Source of the DNA: Convolutriloba macropyga | Lineage: Eukaryota | Direction: 5' to 3' | DNA: 64,000 bases | Assembly: GCF_964194025.1 (NCBI RefSeq) | Contig: NC_134471.1 | Location: forward strand, 17,484,001-17,548,000 | Part shown: piece by piece, positions 23,727 through 35,339 of the stretch | Position numbering within the stretch: position 1 is the first letter of the stretch | How the letters are laid out: each line of letters opens with the position of its first letter | Program-made: the position numbers and the translations under genes | Notes under the pieces: generated by a model | What the model was told of the DNA's origin: nothing | Databases searched by the model: none | Seen by the model: only the letters and a program-made list of their open reading frames with translations

Positions 23727-24897
23727 TTTTTAGAGGAGACTCTCGTACTAGTTGAAGTTCTGGTTGATAGAATTTACCCTGGATAATTTTTTTATCCGCA
23801 TCAATAAGAGAATACGTGGGAGGATGCAATGTCGAGATAGATGCGATTTCAAATATCTCGTCAGTAAACGACTGTTTGTAGCCCTTCCCAAAAGTCTCCT
23901 CTTTTTTCACTATGCGCACAAAATCACCAATATAGAATTTGGGTTTTTGAGAATTTGTTGTAATTGCAGTCAAGGACACAAGCCTTGGAACGTCTTTCTT
24001 CGTGACTTTGTTCGGAGCGAGCTTTATCGTTCGATTTACTCTAGAATTGATTGTTTTAAAAAACGCATCCAATTTGTCTCGATATGAATAAGTCCACTTT
24101 TCTTCTAGATATCTGTAGATTATATTTTTCAAAGAGCGTATATTTATTTCCGCAAAATCATACTTTTTCTCACTGAACGTACTGTATAAATGAATTCCGC
24201 GTTCAGTGCATAGGGCTTTGAAGGTACCTAGGAATTCTGTACCATCATCAACCCAAACTTTCTCAGGTTGTTTATGCTTGATCATCTTTTTGAAGACCTG
24301 TGCTGTCTCTGTGGCATATTTTGTTTTCAGTGGCTCAACCCTGAGATATCTTGACAAACAGTCAACAGCCACAAGCAGATATTTTACACCACCGTTGTAT
24401 TTTGCAAGTTTATCAACATATGCTAGATCTACGGACCAGATCTCATTTATGTCGTTAACAACAACTTTAAGCCTTGGAAACCTGAGGCGACGTGAACGGT
24501 TTTTGCTGAAAGATGGTTTCGTTTCCAGATACATTTTAATTTTCTTCATTGATAATTTACTCAAATTTTGCAATCTCTTTGCGCTTCCAAATGACGCAGG
24601 ACCGTTTAAATAGAGCTTGTCAAGTTTCCGCACATCGTCAATAGATATCCAGTCTTTTCTACGCGCCTCTTCCGCTGTCTTCTTTTTACTTTCATCGACT
24701 CTTGGCTTTGCATGTTTTTCCGTTGGTTCAGATCGTCTTCCTTCTTGCTCTTTTTTTGTTTTTTGCTTCGGTTGTTTGGATGCAGTTTCCTTTTCATCTT
24801 CACTGTAAAACTGATCTACAACTTTTTTTGCGTGTGTATTATAAACCAAGTAAGCTGATATATCAAGTTCACTCAAGATTTTGGAATTCTTTGACAA
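23716..24897 (-). CDS. Retroviral-type (rve) integrase of the Polinton, in frame with the C-terminal part of the upstream gene
   Basis: LY...PASFG, WSVDL...YLLVAVDCLSRY, WVDDGTEF and AE..IRSLK give the DDE triad; C-terminal KPKFYIGDFVRI..KGY..FTDEIF. Confidence 0.93.
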   Translation of the reverse strand: MSKNSKILSELDISAYLVYNTHAKKVVDQFYSEDEKETASKQPKQKTKKEQEGRRSEPTEKHAKPRVDESKKKTAEEARRKDWISIDDVRKLDKLYLNGPASFGSAKRLQNLSKLSMKKIKMYLETKPSFSKNRSRRLRFPRLKVVVNDINEIWSVDLAYVDKLAKYNGGVKYLLVAVDCLSRYLRVEPLKTKYATETAQVFKKMIKHKQPEKVWVDDGTEFLGTFKALCTERGIHLYSTFSEKKYDFAEINIRSLKNIIYRYLEEKWTYSYRDKLDAFFKTINSRVNRTIKLAPNKVTKKDVPRLVSLTAITTNSQKPKFYIGDFVRIVKKEETFGKGYKQSFTDEIFEIASISTLHPPTYSLIDADKKIIQGKFYQPELQLVRESPLKNGK

Positions 24898-25412
24898 GTC
24901 AATCTTTTTTGTGGGTTGTTGTAAATTGTAAAAAAGCTTGTTACATCTACTCCTTGAGGCTCATCGTTAAGGTGCAGAACGTTAGTCTCTTCACTAATAG
25001 AAACATTGTTTGAATTGAAAATTTTATTTAGGATAATTGCAGCTCTTTTGGTTTTGTTTTCATCCACTAGTTTCAGTTCTAGCATTATTGAGTCGAATGC
25101 TGAATCCCTCCTTTTTTTCACTATTGGCTCTATTTCACTGTCATCACTAAAAAACTGATCGGTTCTTACATCGTCTGCATAACTTGTTACATAACCGCTA
25201 CTCTTTGTTCTCTTGATTGACCTATCAGTGTTAGTGTCCGCATCTCGTACTTTTTTCTCATTATTTTATTCAAAATTAGGATTAGTCCTCTGTAGGAGTG
25301 CTAACTGAGTTGCTTTTTGCTGATACATTGGATTATCAAATATTTCTTCTTTGGTTGGGTTTTTTGAAATGAACATTCTTTTAGGGATCAAAACAAACTC
25401 TTCTGCATGCAT
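24873..25412 (-). pseudogene. Conserved Polinton hypothetical gene upstream of the integrase (N-terminal part)
   Basis: MHAEEFVLIPKRMF... with one stop; a frameshift near 24930 leads into the frame that continues into the integrase. Confidence 0.55.
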
Positions 25413-25690
25413 TATTCTGCCTGCAAGTAAATATAGCACGACAATCCCAACGCTCGAATGAGTTCTGGTTTTTTGGCTAAAACGTTTCGCTTTTTCTCCA
25501 AACTTGTTTTCTTTGATAGTAATTGTTGAAATTATTTCTCCTGATTTTTAAGTAACTGCTTGTTCACTGGAACGTTGCCATTGATCACATTGAGCAAACA
25601 CTCACAGAGAAAGTTTATAAAGCTATTTGGTGCTTGTTTGAGGAACTTTCTGAAATTGCTCTCGGGCAGCTCGAGCATTTGCTTTGGCAT
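25412..25690 (-). pseudogene. Small conserved Polinton protein
   Basis: Contains FLCECLLNVINGNVP, typical of the small gene after the ATPase; one frameshift. Confidence 0.65.
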
Positions 25691-26356
25691 ACATAACTCT
25701 TTCTCTCTAATCTTTCAAAGTAGTGATAACCGCTTTGAAGGACGGTAGATAAAAAAATTGTTGGACCTGGTTGTACAATATTTGAACAATAACGCAAGGA
25801 GTCTGATGTTTGTGGATTCTAAGTCAATTAGTAAGTGTCCAAAAGGTTGTTTTGTTGCAAGTTCATAGCTTTCCTTCAAAAAATTTGTATTGTTCAACTG
25901 TTTTCCGACATAGGTGATCTGCTGTACGTCTCTAGCTGATTTGAACAAAATGATATGGGTTGTGTTCAGATCAATCGTTAGCGACCATTTACTCTGTTGA
26001 AATAAGTTATGCTTAACATAAATCACGCTAATATTTCTATGGCGTCCCGCAGTTGCAAGTTTTGAAAATTCTTTGTCATTGAAAATTTCTTCACACGAAT
26101 CGTCAAATACAAGCAGACAATTTTCCAGCTGAGAAATGAATTCGAATCCAGAAAACTTAGTGAAAAAAATGTTCACTTTACGCTCTATTGTGCTGAACTT
26201 TGGCTGCTCGTGTTGATAGAAGTAGTAAATAGAACTAAAGGTTGGATAGAAAGTGTTTCTCAAAAACATTTGGAATATAAGTTCTGTTTTTCCACAACAC
26301 GACGGACCACAAACAGCCATAAAAAGCCTATCGCTAGTGGATATTATTTTGTTCAT
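25615..26356 (-). pseudogene. A32/FtsK-like packaging ATPase
   Basis: Walker A GPSCCGKT, Walker B LLVFDD, GRH, HNLFQQ, HLLIDL and then LRYCSNI after a frameshift. The 3' end is approximate. Confidence 0.93.
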
Positions 26357-26634
26357 AGCTTTGGATTTGGAAGAGCGTAGCCAACTGTGCACGAAAGCAA
26401 TGAAAACCAAGATGTTGAATCCTCGCAATCAAGCTGGGAAAATACAAGCTTGGTTAAAGAAACTACGATAAGAAAAAGTATTATCAAAATTTGAGTAAAA
26501 TAGACGACTTCGGAACGTGGTAGCCGAGAATTAAAAAACTTCCACGAACGCCTCTCTTGATTTTCCTCATCAAAAACTAAAGCATTCAAACCCCCTACAT
26601 TAGCGGAGTCTATCTGGTCTTCTTTAACACTCAT
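26353..26634 (-). CDS. Small two-helix membrane protein of Polintons
   Basis: RSEVVYFTQILII...W.SLLS..VGY.LPNP with two hydrophobic segments; its TGA overlaps the ATPase ATG. Confidence 0.7.
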   Translation of the reverse strand: MSVKEDQIDSANVGGLNALVFDEENQERRSWKFFNSRLPRSEVVYFTQILIILFLIVVSLTKLVFSQLDCEDSTSWFSLLSCTVGYALPNPKL

Positions 26635-26682
26635 TTGAAAATAAGTTATTTGCAAAAATGGATTTACACTAAGTTTTTTAGT

Positions 26683-27199
26683 TTAAATTGCATTTTTGTT
26701 AGTCTCTCTTTCAATCCAAAAGAATTCATAAGTAGTATATCTAGAGTCGTTGACGTCTTTTTTGTAAGTCACTTTATAGTTCGCCTGCATTCCGTAACCA
26801 CTTCCATAGTAGACAATAGACTCTACTTTGCCTTCACTGACCAACATTTTAATCTCATCAGGGAGATTGTAATCGTCCAGAGGTACTTGAACCGGTGCTG
26901 GCCACTTGGGCGTAGGTAAAGGGGTTAGTTTCAGTTTTCTCATTTTCTGTTGTAACGACATGATACATTTGAAAATATTCAAGTAATGAAAGATATTTCT
27001 TCAGCGTCTCAATTTTTTTAGTGTTGCAGAGAATCTGTTGTTTTCGCAAAATATTCTGTCCCCGTGATTCTATTTTCTCTTCTTTTAAAAAAGTCAATGT
27101 CAACTGATTATCATTCGTTATGTAACTGCATACTGTCAAACTTGGAGATAAACTCACTTGAAGAACTGACGGAGCTGCCTTCTCCACTCGACGGCTCAT
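26683..27199 (-). pseudogene. Polinton hypothetical protein
   Basis: MSRRVEK...KKYLSL joins by a frameshift to NIFKCIMSL...YEFFWIE. Confidence 0.5.
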
Positions 27200-27704
27200 T
27201 GGATGGCAGAGAGATCCAATAGAAATACAGCTGTGCTTTCCTTTTAGCACAATGTTTCCTCTTTTGCTTTTCCGGTAGGTAGAAAGAGTGCAGAGCACAA
27301 GTAATATTATCAATTGGCGATTTAATATCTTCAACTTTCGGACATAGAAGAGTTTCCAAATCTATTACCTCTTTCTGCAGGAGAGTTTCGAGTGATTCTG
27401 TTTTCTCTTTCCCTTTGGCATAAAATTTCCCTAACGGAAACCGAAGTTTAATGGCGACAAAATTTTGTGATAGAAACCAATAAGGATAAGTACCGCTGTT
27501 CCAAGACAAACCATGTAAAAATTTAGTAACCCACTTATGAGATCTCCTGTCACTAGCGGAAAGTGAGTTGTAGGAAACTGGCGGAAGAAAAAGAATTGTG
27601 TCCGAATAATTATTTGAACAAAGCGATAACTCTTTTATTATAAAACCAGTTTTCTTGTAACGAAAACCTTCAAAATCCAATATCACTATTTCTTGTTTCA
27701 GCAT
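27111..27704 (-). CDS. DEDD-like exonuclease-fold protein with a C-terminal Cys/His motif
   Basis: VILDFEGF...IIKELS...HGLSW.SG...YAKG.EK...LE...C..H...HCA. Confidence 0.7.
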   Translation of the reverse strand: MLKQEIVILDFEGFRYKKTGFIIKELSLCSNNYSDTILFLPPVSYNSLSASDRRSHKWVTKFLHGLSWNSGTYPYWFLSQNFVAIKLRFPLGKFYAKGKEKTESLETLLQKEVIDLETLLCPKVEDIKSPIDNITCALHSFYLPEKQKRKHCAKRKAQLYFYWISLPSNEPSSGEGSSVSSSSEFISKFDSMQLHNE

Positions 27705-28120
27705 TCCAACAAAGTGAACAAATTGTTTTTGAACGTCTTCACAAGCAAACAAAAAGCCAATCCCGTGATGTGACCCAAATACTCGTTCGTAATTGGACAA
27801 GGTAACACATAGGAGTATCCAGGGCCTTTACGACTGTACTCTGCTATAAAACCCGATGCATCGTGGAGTATTGCATGAAGTAGAAGTATTTTGAACGATT
27901 TGAAGTAGTTGTCCAGCGACGAATTTTCAATTCCAATTAGACCTCCATACGGTCTCAGCTTCAATGTTGCCTCCAAATCAATATCAGGATCAAGGTATTG
28001 GCAAGCAGCTGGAAAATACAGAAACCTTTCACCGTACTTTGGATAACTGTTCTTTATCTCCAGGTAAATTTCATGAATATTTTTTAGATCAATGGTTGCT
28101 ATCGTTTCGACAATCCTTTT
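27698..28120 (-). pseudogene. Phospholipase A2-like protein
   Basis: PYGGLIG.ENS.LD...HAILHDA.G, a Gly loop followed by an HD dyad. The frame extends upstream to about 28120; the start is unclear. Confidence 0.45.
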
Positions 28121-28267
28121 CTACAAATATTATTCTGGCAAAATGAATCCTAATCGTAACTCCTAGGACTGACCACTTGAGCTCCCAACCAAAGTATATT
28201 CACACAAATACATGTAGCGAAAATACCGCTAACATGAAGGATCTTCCCTCACACTCGCGAAATATAT

Positions 28268-28474
28268 ATACTAACAATAAGCCACCAGACAGATACATGT
28301 AGCGCAATTACCACTTTCTTAACATGAAAGATCTCCCCTAAGGTGTCAGTGATCCCCCTCTGCCGAAAGGATCTCGAAGGATCTCCCCTAAGGGATCAGT
28401 GATCCCCCTCTGCCGAACGGATCTCCAAAGGAGCTCCCCCCCCCCCGATCTTCCTGTACATATACGATACTACT
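28268..28474 (-). repeat. Polinton right TIR
   Basis: Inverted copy of the left TIR with a tandemly duplicated ~50-bp GATCTCCCCTAAG...GATCCCCCTCTGCCGAA unit. Confidence 0.93.
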
Positions 28475-28559
28475 ATTGTTTTTAAAGTTAGTTGTAATTT
28501 TGTTTGGGAACTAGCGAACTAGTTCTATTTTGTACACAAAAAATCAATAAATTGTATTG

Positions 28560-28844
28560 ATGAGACAAATTTTTTAACGATTGTCAAAAACTTCTAAAAA
28601 TGACTTATTAACCTTAAACTACGGCCTTCCCAGTAACTTCACCACACTAAGCACTTGAAGGACTACTTAACGCGGCTAAGAGCCTCTAATGAAACTTAAT
28701 ACCCGCTGGGCGCTACCTATTCACCCCGTTTTTAAGGACAAGAAGTCAAAAGCGTCAGACAAAAAAATGGTCAAGCGAAAAATCGCAAAAAAAAGACCGA
28801 CAGGACTAATATAATTGCTACAAACTTCGTTTGAGAGCAATTAA
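28560..28844 (-). mobile_element. 5' fragment of a HINE-like element
   Basis: Reverse complement matches 7754-7900 and 824-960. Confidence 0.55.
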
Positions 28845-28847
28845 TTA

Positions 28848-29106
28848 CCGTCTTCTTTCAAGTTTTTTTCAAAGTCTACTATTGAATCGACTGCCGGATT
28901 TGAATTCATATTGTCGTTTTTTCCTGAGTCTTAATGAGTGTTTACGTGATTCTATCGTTTGATAAGTTTGCCATCATACCGCAATTATCATACAAAAAGA
29001 CATTTGCACTCACTTGTTAAATTTGAAGTGGGGTTACAAAAGTAATGCGTTTTAATCTATTTCAAGATTTGATTCAAGACTTTGAGAAAAACTTGAAAGA
29101 AGACGG
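28848..29106. mobile_element. Tc1/mariner-pogo type MITE
   Basis: ~31-bp TIRs CCGTCTTCTTTCAAGTTTTT...CAAAGTCT with TA on both sides. Confidence 0.85.
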
Positions 29107-29109
29107 TAA

Positions 29110-30281
29110 TTAAAGACTCTCAATGTTGCATTTTTTCGTGTTTTTTGTCATTTTCCGAAGTTTTGTTGGAACATTCTCAAATTGAGGCTGGTCAAAGTTG
29201 ATAAAGGTGTTTTGCAAGGCATAAATGTAACCAGCTTTCACATTTTTTTTCAAAATTTTTGGAAATTTTTCTAATTTTTTGAGTTTTTCAGCCCTAGGTC
29301 TCAAGGAAGCTCCTCTAGAGTATGATAATAGATTACTGCACAGTTTCTAGTGGTAATGGAATGGTTTTCAACAATTTACCATCACGAATTTTTAGCATTT
29401 GTTCGACAAAACTTGCAATTTTCAAGTTTACTGTCAATTTTCAAGTTTTTCCGGGCACCGGGGCCCTAAAATCTCCTTGGAGGTGTGATAATATTTTAAT
29501 GAAAAATTTTTATTGTTCTTTGAACAGTTTTCAACTTTTTAATATAATAAAGTTTCAAGTTTTTTGAATTTTTTCTGTCCATTTTTTAGGTTTTAATAGC
29601 CTGAAGAGCTGAGAAACCTCTAGTGTTTGATAATTGGGTTACTGCATAGCTCCTAGATGTAATGGAAAATTTTTCACTGTTTTAAAATCATGAATTGAGG
29701 CTGTTTTTTGGTTTTAAAATATTTGCAACTTTTTCAAGTTTTTTGATTTTTTAATAAATTTTTTCCGGCATCATGTGCCAAGAGAACACCTGCGAGGCTT
29801 GATAATAAGCAGTTGCATACTTTGAAGAGTTAATGGAATGGTTGTCAATATTTTAATGAATCGAATTTAAGCAAAATATAAATTATTTTCATGTTCAATT
29901 TAATGGATCTTTTTGAGCCAGTGAAACTATTTAAAGCTCTAAATAGGGATACTGGATAGTCTCTTGAGACAAAAAAATCGTTTTGAAGATATAACTATCA
30001 CGAATTTTAGCAAGATTTTGTTAAAACTTGCAATTGTTTTAAGCATTTGAATGTTTTTTCTCATTTTATCATTACTGACCAACGAAACTATACAAGTCTT
30101 TCAGATGAGTTACATGGCGGAACTCCAGAGAAAAAAAATGGTTTTAAACTTTTTCGCTGCAAAATGTGGAAACTGTTTTTTTGAATTTTGCATTTTTAGT
30201 TTTTTTCTGTATTGTTTAATTACTAAGCAGGCTAGAAAACTAGAGGTTACAGAGTCGGGTCTCTTCATGGAAAATACTCCT

Positions 30282-30319
<38 letters not shown>

Positions 30320-30374
30320 CTCTTTGTTGTTTGGGGTTTCTTTTTTCTCTTTTTCGTTCACGTTTCATCTCAGG

Positions 30375-30411
<37 letters not shown>

Positions 30412-30597
30412 TAACTCTTTTGTTGATGCTGCGCTTCAGCTGCTGTTATGTGACGTGATTTCATCATCTATTGCGCTCGCCTCACGCCCCTTCAATTAAG
30501 CAAAAGCTAGCCTCACTAAACCATGGCTAGCTACTCACGAAGCCAACAGCTCGCCGGTCGTTTGAGAGCAATTTGCCCAAAGTTAGTCGGTTATGTT
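29110..30597 (+). mobile_element. HINE-like copy (5' truncated) containing (CT)n microsatellites
   Basis: Homologous to 8140-9506; ends TTGAGAGCAATT...GTTAGTCGGTTATGTT; CT tracts at 30284-30318 and 30377-30408. Confidence 0.6.
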
Positions 30598-31070
30598 GTT
30601 TTTTTTTGCAGTTTTCAGATCAATTCTCATAGAGTTAAACTAAAGTCAAATTATTTGTTAACTCTATAAGGAGGAGCCTCAGATATTTTATTATTGCGTT
30701 GTAATATTTAATACGATTTACTTTAATTTAATAAGTAATATATTTATTTTCAACAAAGTTACTTGGTAATGTTTGATTAATAAGTAAAAAAATTTAAAAC
30801 GTAAAAAAAAGTAAAAACAAAAGTTATCTCACTTGTACTGTGGGTTAATGTTTAGTGGCAACTAGATCAGCTGAATTACAGACTGGCAAAGAGGCAACAA
30901 CCTAATTCGTCTAATTCGTCGAATTCATCTAGCACCGGGGCAGGTACAGGGACAGTGTCTAATTCACGCATTAAACCACAGCCCACTCAGACGACCACTA
31001 TTAATATGAAAAATGCGAGAGCACCAGTCGGAATGTACAATTCAGAACGAGACTGGGAGGTTTAGTAAGT

Positions 31071-31365
31071 GCTTTTCTTCTAGAACATTCTTTGACTTCT
31101 CAAGTGACTTTTTCCCGCTTTTTTAAAACGTTTTCACGCTTTTTTCCACCCATGAAGAAAAATTGTAGGTAAGGGCATATTGATTATTAACTGCTCTTGA
31201 ACGAAGTTCATAGCAGTTATTGTAAACGTGTTGGTCTTTTTTATGCAAATTTTTTGCTTGACCGTTTTTGCGCTTTTCTTCTAGAACATTCTTTGACTTC
31301 TCAAGTGATTTTTCACGCTTTAACATTCTTTCACGCTTTTTTTGCGCACATAAAGAAAAATTGAT
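31071..31365. repeat. ~200-bp-period direct duplication
   Basis: GCTTTTCTTCTAGAACATTCTTTGACTTCTCAAGTGA occurs at 31071 and 31272. Confidence 0.8.
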
Positions 31366-32329
31366 AAATAGCCTGAAAAATTCAGGCTACATCCCCTGAA
31401 TTAAACTGCCTCGCTTGTCGTTCAAGAGCAATTCTTCCGACACAATAGGCGGTTTAAGTTTTGATAATGAGATAAAAAATGTTATCAAACTGGAAATCAT
31501 TTTTGAATCCATGAAATTTGCTCTCGCCGAAAATGAATTGTAGCTTCACAGGTAATTCTGAAACCGTGTAACATGTGTCAACAAACTGACAAAAATACAT
31601 GAAAAAACTAGTAGTCTTATAACATCGTCCATCAGATCTCATAAAAGATTGACACCGTAAGTCAATATCTACTTCAATTCAGTTCCGGAGTCTTCCGGCA
31701 ATGTTAAGTTGCTCCCAAACAAAGTTTATAGCGATTATATTATTTCTGTTGGTTTTTTTAAGCAATTTTTTTGCTTGACCGATTTTTCGTCTGACCCATT
31801 GGACTTTCGTTCTCAAACATTGGAAAAACAGGTATGGCCCAGTGGGTATTAAGTTATCTTAGAGCATTTCTGCTATCTAGTCTCCATGTATGGGATTCAG
31901 AGAAACTGTTTTGGAGACCTGTACGTATGGTGTGAGGTGCAGTTTTTAGAGGGTGACCACGCCTCCTTCCCCCACAACACCCCCCGTCCCCCAATCCCCA
32001 TCCCTGCCATTGTTCAGGCCATAAGGGCCCCGTGCATACAAAGACCCCTGCCGCCGCTGCCCCCTCGCTGTTGCCATAACCAACCCTGTTGCCATAACCA
32101 ACATAAGAACTTAGGTAGTTGACTTACAAGAATTGAAAACTAATTGTTTTGACAGTACTTCACTACTTGACACTACTTATTTTCTCTTTGTTTCTAAATT
32201 TTGCGTTCTTTGTTTTTTTTACTTTTTTGTTCTACCACTTAGTTTCATTTTTCATTAGTTATACTTCTTCGGTTTTTCTATTTAGGCATACTGTAACTGA
32301 TTGAATCGTTTCTGTCGATACCAACAAAA

Positions 32330-33572
32330 CCGCCTAGGGCGAAGTGATATCAAACGAACGGTTTCCTTCGTTAGTTGCTAGCCACGGTTTAGTGAGGCTA
32401 CCTGTTTATCCCGAATTTGAGGACAAAAAGTCAAATGGGTCAGACAGAAATGAATCGGTCAACCATAAAATTGCATTAAAAAAGACCAACAGGACTAATA
32501 TAATTGGGGGTAGGAATTGGGGGAGTTGAAGGGGGGGCTAATGTGTGTATTTTGGGGGGGGGCTGATGTGAGGGAGTGGTGGTAGGGGGTCAACCTCTAA
32601 GAACCGCACTGCACACCATAAGTAAAAGTTGCCAAAACTGTTTCTGTGAATCGCATACTTGCAGACTATTGAGCTGATAGGGTAAAAGAGAACTGGATGT
32701 TTTCCGCTTGTGCCCCCAGTACGTTTCTTAAACCCCGTTACAGAGCACGTGCCATTGCATAGTAAATCATTATGTAAAAAATATGACTCGTGCGTCGGGG
32801 GGTGCAAATAAAATGCGCCCACTAGGCGGGGGGGGGGGGTTGCAAAAATGGAAAAGATCCACAGAACTAATGCCCGCTGGGCGCTACCTGTTTATCCTGT
32901 TGTTGAGGACAACTTCGATTGGGTCAGACGAAAAATCCGTCAAGCAAACTCGCAATTAAAAAAACCAACAGAACTAATATAATTGATACAAACTTCCTTT
33001 GAGAGCAATTAAACATAACCGGCTAATGCTGGGTGATTTGCTCTCATGACGGTCGAGAGATTAGCTTTGTCAGTAGCCAGCCACGGTTTAGTGAAGCTAG
33101 TTTTAGCTTAATTGAAGGTGCGTGAGGTGAGCGCAGTGGGGTGATTCAATGGGGGCTGATGGGGGGGGGGGGGTGGGTTGGCTTAACGGTGTGGGGGGCA
33201 GTGGCGGTAGGTTTTTGTGGCTTCATGGGACACATACGGCCTGAACGATGTGCAGGGTGGGGATGGGGGATGTTCCTTTTTTTTGGGGGGGGGGGAGGAG
33301 GAGGGAGGTGGCGGTCAACCTCTGAGAACCGCCTTCACTCCATAAGTGTAAGTCTTCAAAACAGTTTGCGAATAGCATACTCGGAGACTAGTGAGCTGAA
33401 AGGCTCTAAGAGAATTTATTGCCCGCTGGGTGTTACCTGTTTATCCCATTTTTAAGGACGAATTGTCAAATGGGTCAGACAAAAAATCGGTCAAGCGAAA
33501 AATTGCGTAAAAGAAAGACCAACAGAAAGACAGGGACTAACATGATTGCTACAAACTTTGTTTGAGATCATT
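32330..33572 (-). mobile_element. Two short HINE-like copies in head-to-tail tandem
   Basis: At 33000-33050 the 5' end of one copy (GAGAGCAATTA) directly abuts the 3' end of the next (AACATAACCGGCTAA..TTTGCTCTCA). Confidence 0.55.
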
Positions 33573-34377
33573 TAAAAAGGACACACACAACTACAAAAAT
33601 CGCTTCAGATCAAATAATATTGGACTTCAGATACGTCGATGTCTTCATATGCATAAAACCTGCACTGGCACTACAAATGAGTACGATACCGACAATTTCT
33701 TATGTTTAAAAACCAAAAATTTCTCAACTAGGGCGGACAGGTGTTCACCTTTTGCGATCGATGCTGACATGAACGTACACAACATGAGTTCATTGCATGT
33801 CCTGTAGTACTTGTCGAGTATGCGATATTGCTCACTTGGCTAATCATGTACAGCGCTACCAGGATGCGGCGAAAAAAAAATTAACCGCTAAAATCGCAAA
33901 TGGGATCTATTCTATTTCGGCCCTCCCCCCCCCCCCCAGCTTAGTGAGCTTATATTTTTTACGACCCTCAGGCGCACGTGCTATTTTTTTACATAGTAAC
34001 GTGCTATATAACAACATATAATTTGTAACTGGGGGCATAAAACACACGGGGGGGGGGGGGGGAGCGAAGCAGAATAGATCCCGCAAATCTTACAAATATT
34101 CACCGCTAAATTCAACGCTAATCTTGCAAATATTCACCACTATCTATGCATTCAACGATAAAAGATGCCGGCGCTTTGCGGCGAAAAAAGTTTTTTTTTC
34201 ACCGTTGTTCACCGCTAATCTTACATTATTTTTGACCAAACCTCGACCCGGGGTCCCGTCCATCACTGCTGTGCACTAATACATTGGTCTTCTCTCTTTT
34301 GATACAGTGCATTACTCTCGTACTGACCTCCCAGAATGGCTCTCGTACTGATGTGTTTCAGCCACCCACCCACCCAC

Positions 34378-34487
34378 TATTGATTATATTTTTTATCAAA
34401 TATTGATTATATTTTGATTATATTTTTATCAAATTTCTTATATTTTTATCAAATTTCTTATATTGATTATATTTTTATCAAATTTCC
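34378..34487. repeat. AT-rich minisatellite
   Basis: Repeated TTATATTTTTATCAAAT and TTGATTATA units. Confidence 0.8.
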
Positions 34488-35204
34488 TTGTCTGATCATA
34501 TTACACTGTAACAGCAAGTTCCCTCTTCCATTTTTGTCAGACATTTCAAATCAAACCATACAAAAAAGATATATTTGATTCTCTGAGAACTGGTTGCCAT
34601 TTTTGCAGGAGTTTATTTGTAAAATGATTGGGATCTATTCTGTTTTGCCAACCCCCCCCCCCCCCCCCCCCCAGCTTATTCGGCTTATATCTTTTACGCC
34701 CCCTCCCCAGGCGCACGTGCTATTTTTTACATAGCAATGTGCTATATAACAACATTTAACTTCTAACGGGGGGGGGGGGGGGGGCGTAAAAAACCCTGGG
34801 GGGGGGGGGGGGGGGGGGGGGGGGCAAAACAGAAAAGATGCAATGACTGTTATTGAAAACAAAAACGGAAATTTTTATTCGTTCATAGGATGCATCACAA
34901 CACGCTGTACTACATGCGCGAATGTTGCGTAATTTTTAGACATAGCATTATTAGCCAACAATCAATAAGAAATTCATCATAAAGATAATTATTGCTCATC
35001 TCCAAAAAGAGTCACAACAACTCATCCAACAAAGCAATTAATTAATCAATTATCAAAACTATCGCCAACAATACCAATACAAAATCATCAAAGTTGCCAA
35101 AATTGAGGGAAGACATTATCATTATAATTAATTTAGTTTGCAAAACACAATAAACTCAGTACAGGTTAGGCATAAACGCATTTAGTCTGAATATAAAATC
35201 GATC

Positions 35205-35210
35205 TATAAA
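35205..35210 (+). promoter_or_regulatory. Candidate TATA box of the forkhead gene
   Basis: CTATAAAA about 135 bp upstream of the ATG; AT-rich context lowers specificity. Confidence 0.35.
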
Positions 35211-35339
35211 ATATAACATTTATCTCAACATTTCTCAAAACAAAATTCACTGAGATCAATTCGGCAGCTGACTTAAAAAACTAATTTTTCTTGACAATTA
35301 GATTAAATTTTTTCCCGCAAATTTATATAAATTTTGACA

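Larger units (their letters stand above)
11385..28474 (-). mobile_element. Full-length Polinton/Maverick (endogenous polintovirus), 17.1 kb, degenerate
   Basis: Starts AGTAGTATCGTATA and ends TATACGATACTACT. Identical 6-bp TSD ATTGTT at 11379-11384 and 28475-28480. TIRs present, plus core genes pPolB, PRO, MCP, mCP, INT and ATPase. Confidence 0.97.

Noticed and set aside
30051-34862. ORFs with SL, ER, poly-Pro and poly-Gly runs
   Set aside because: Derived from CT microsatellites and G/C homopolymers in non-autonomous repeats.
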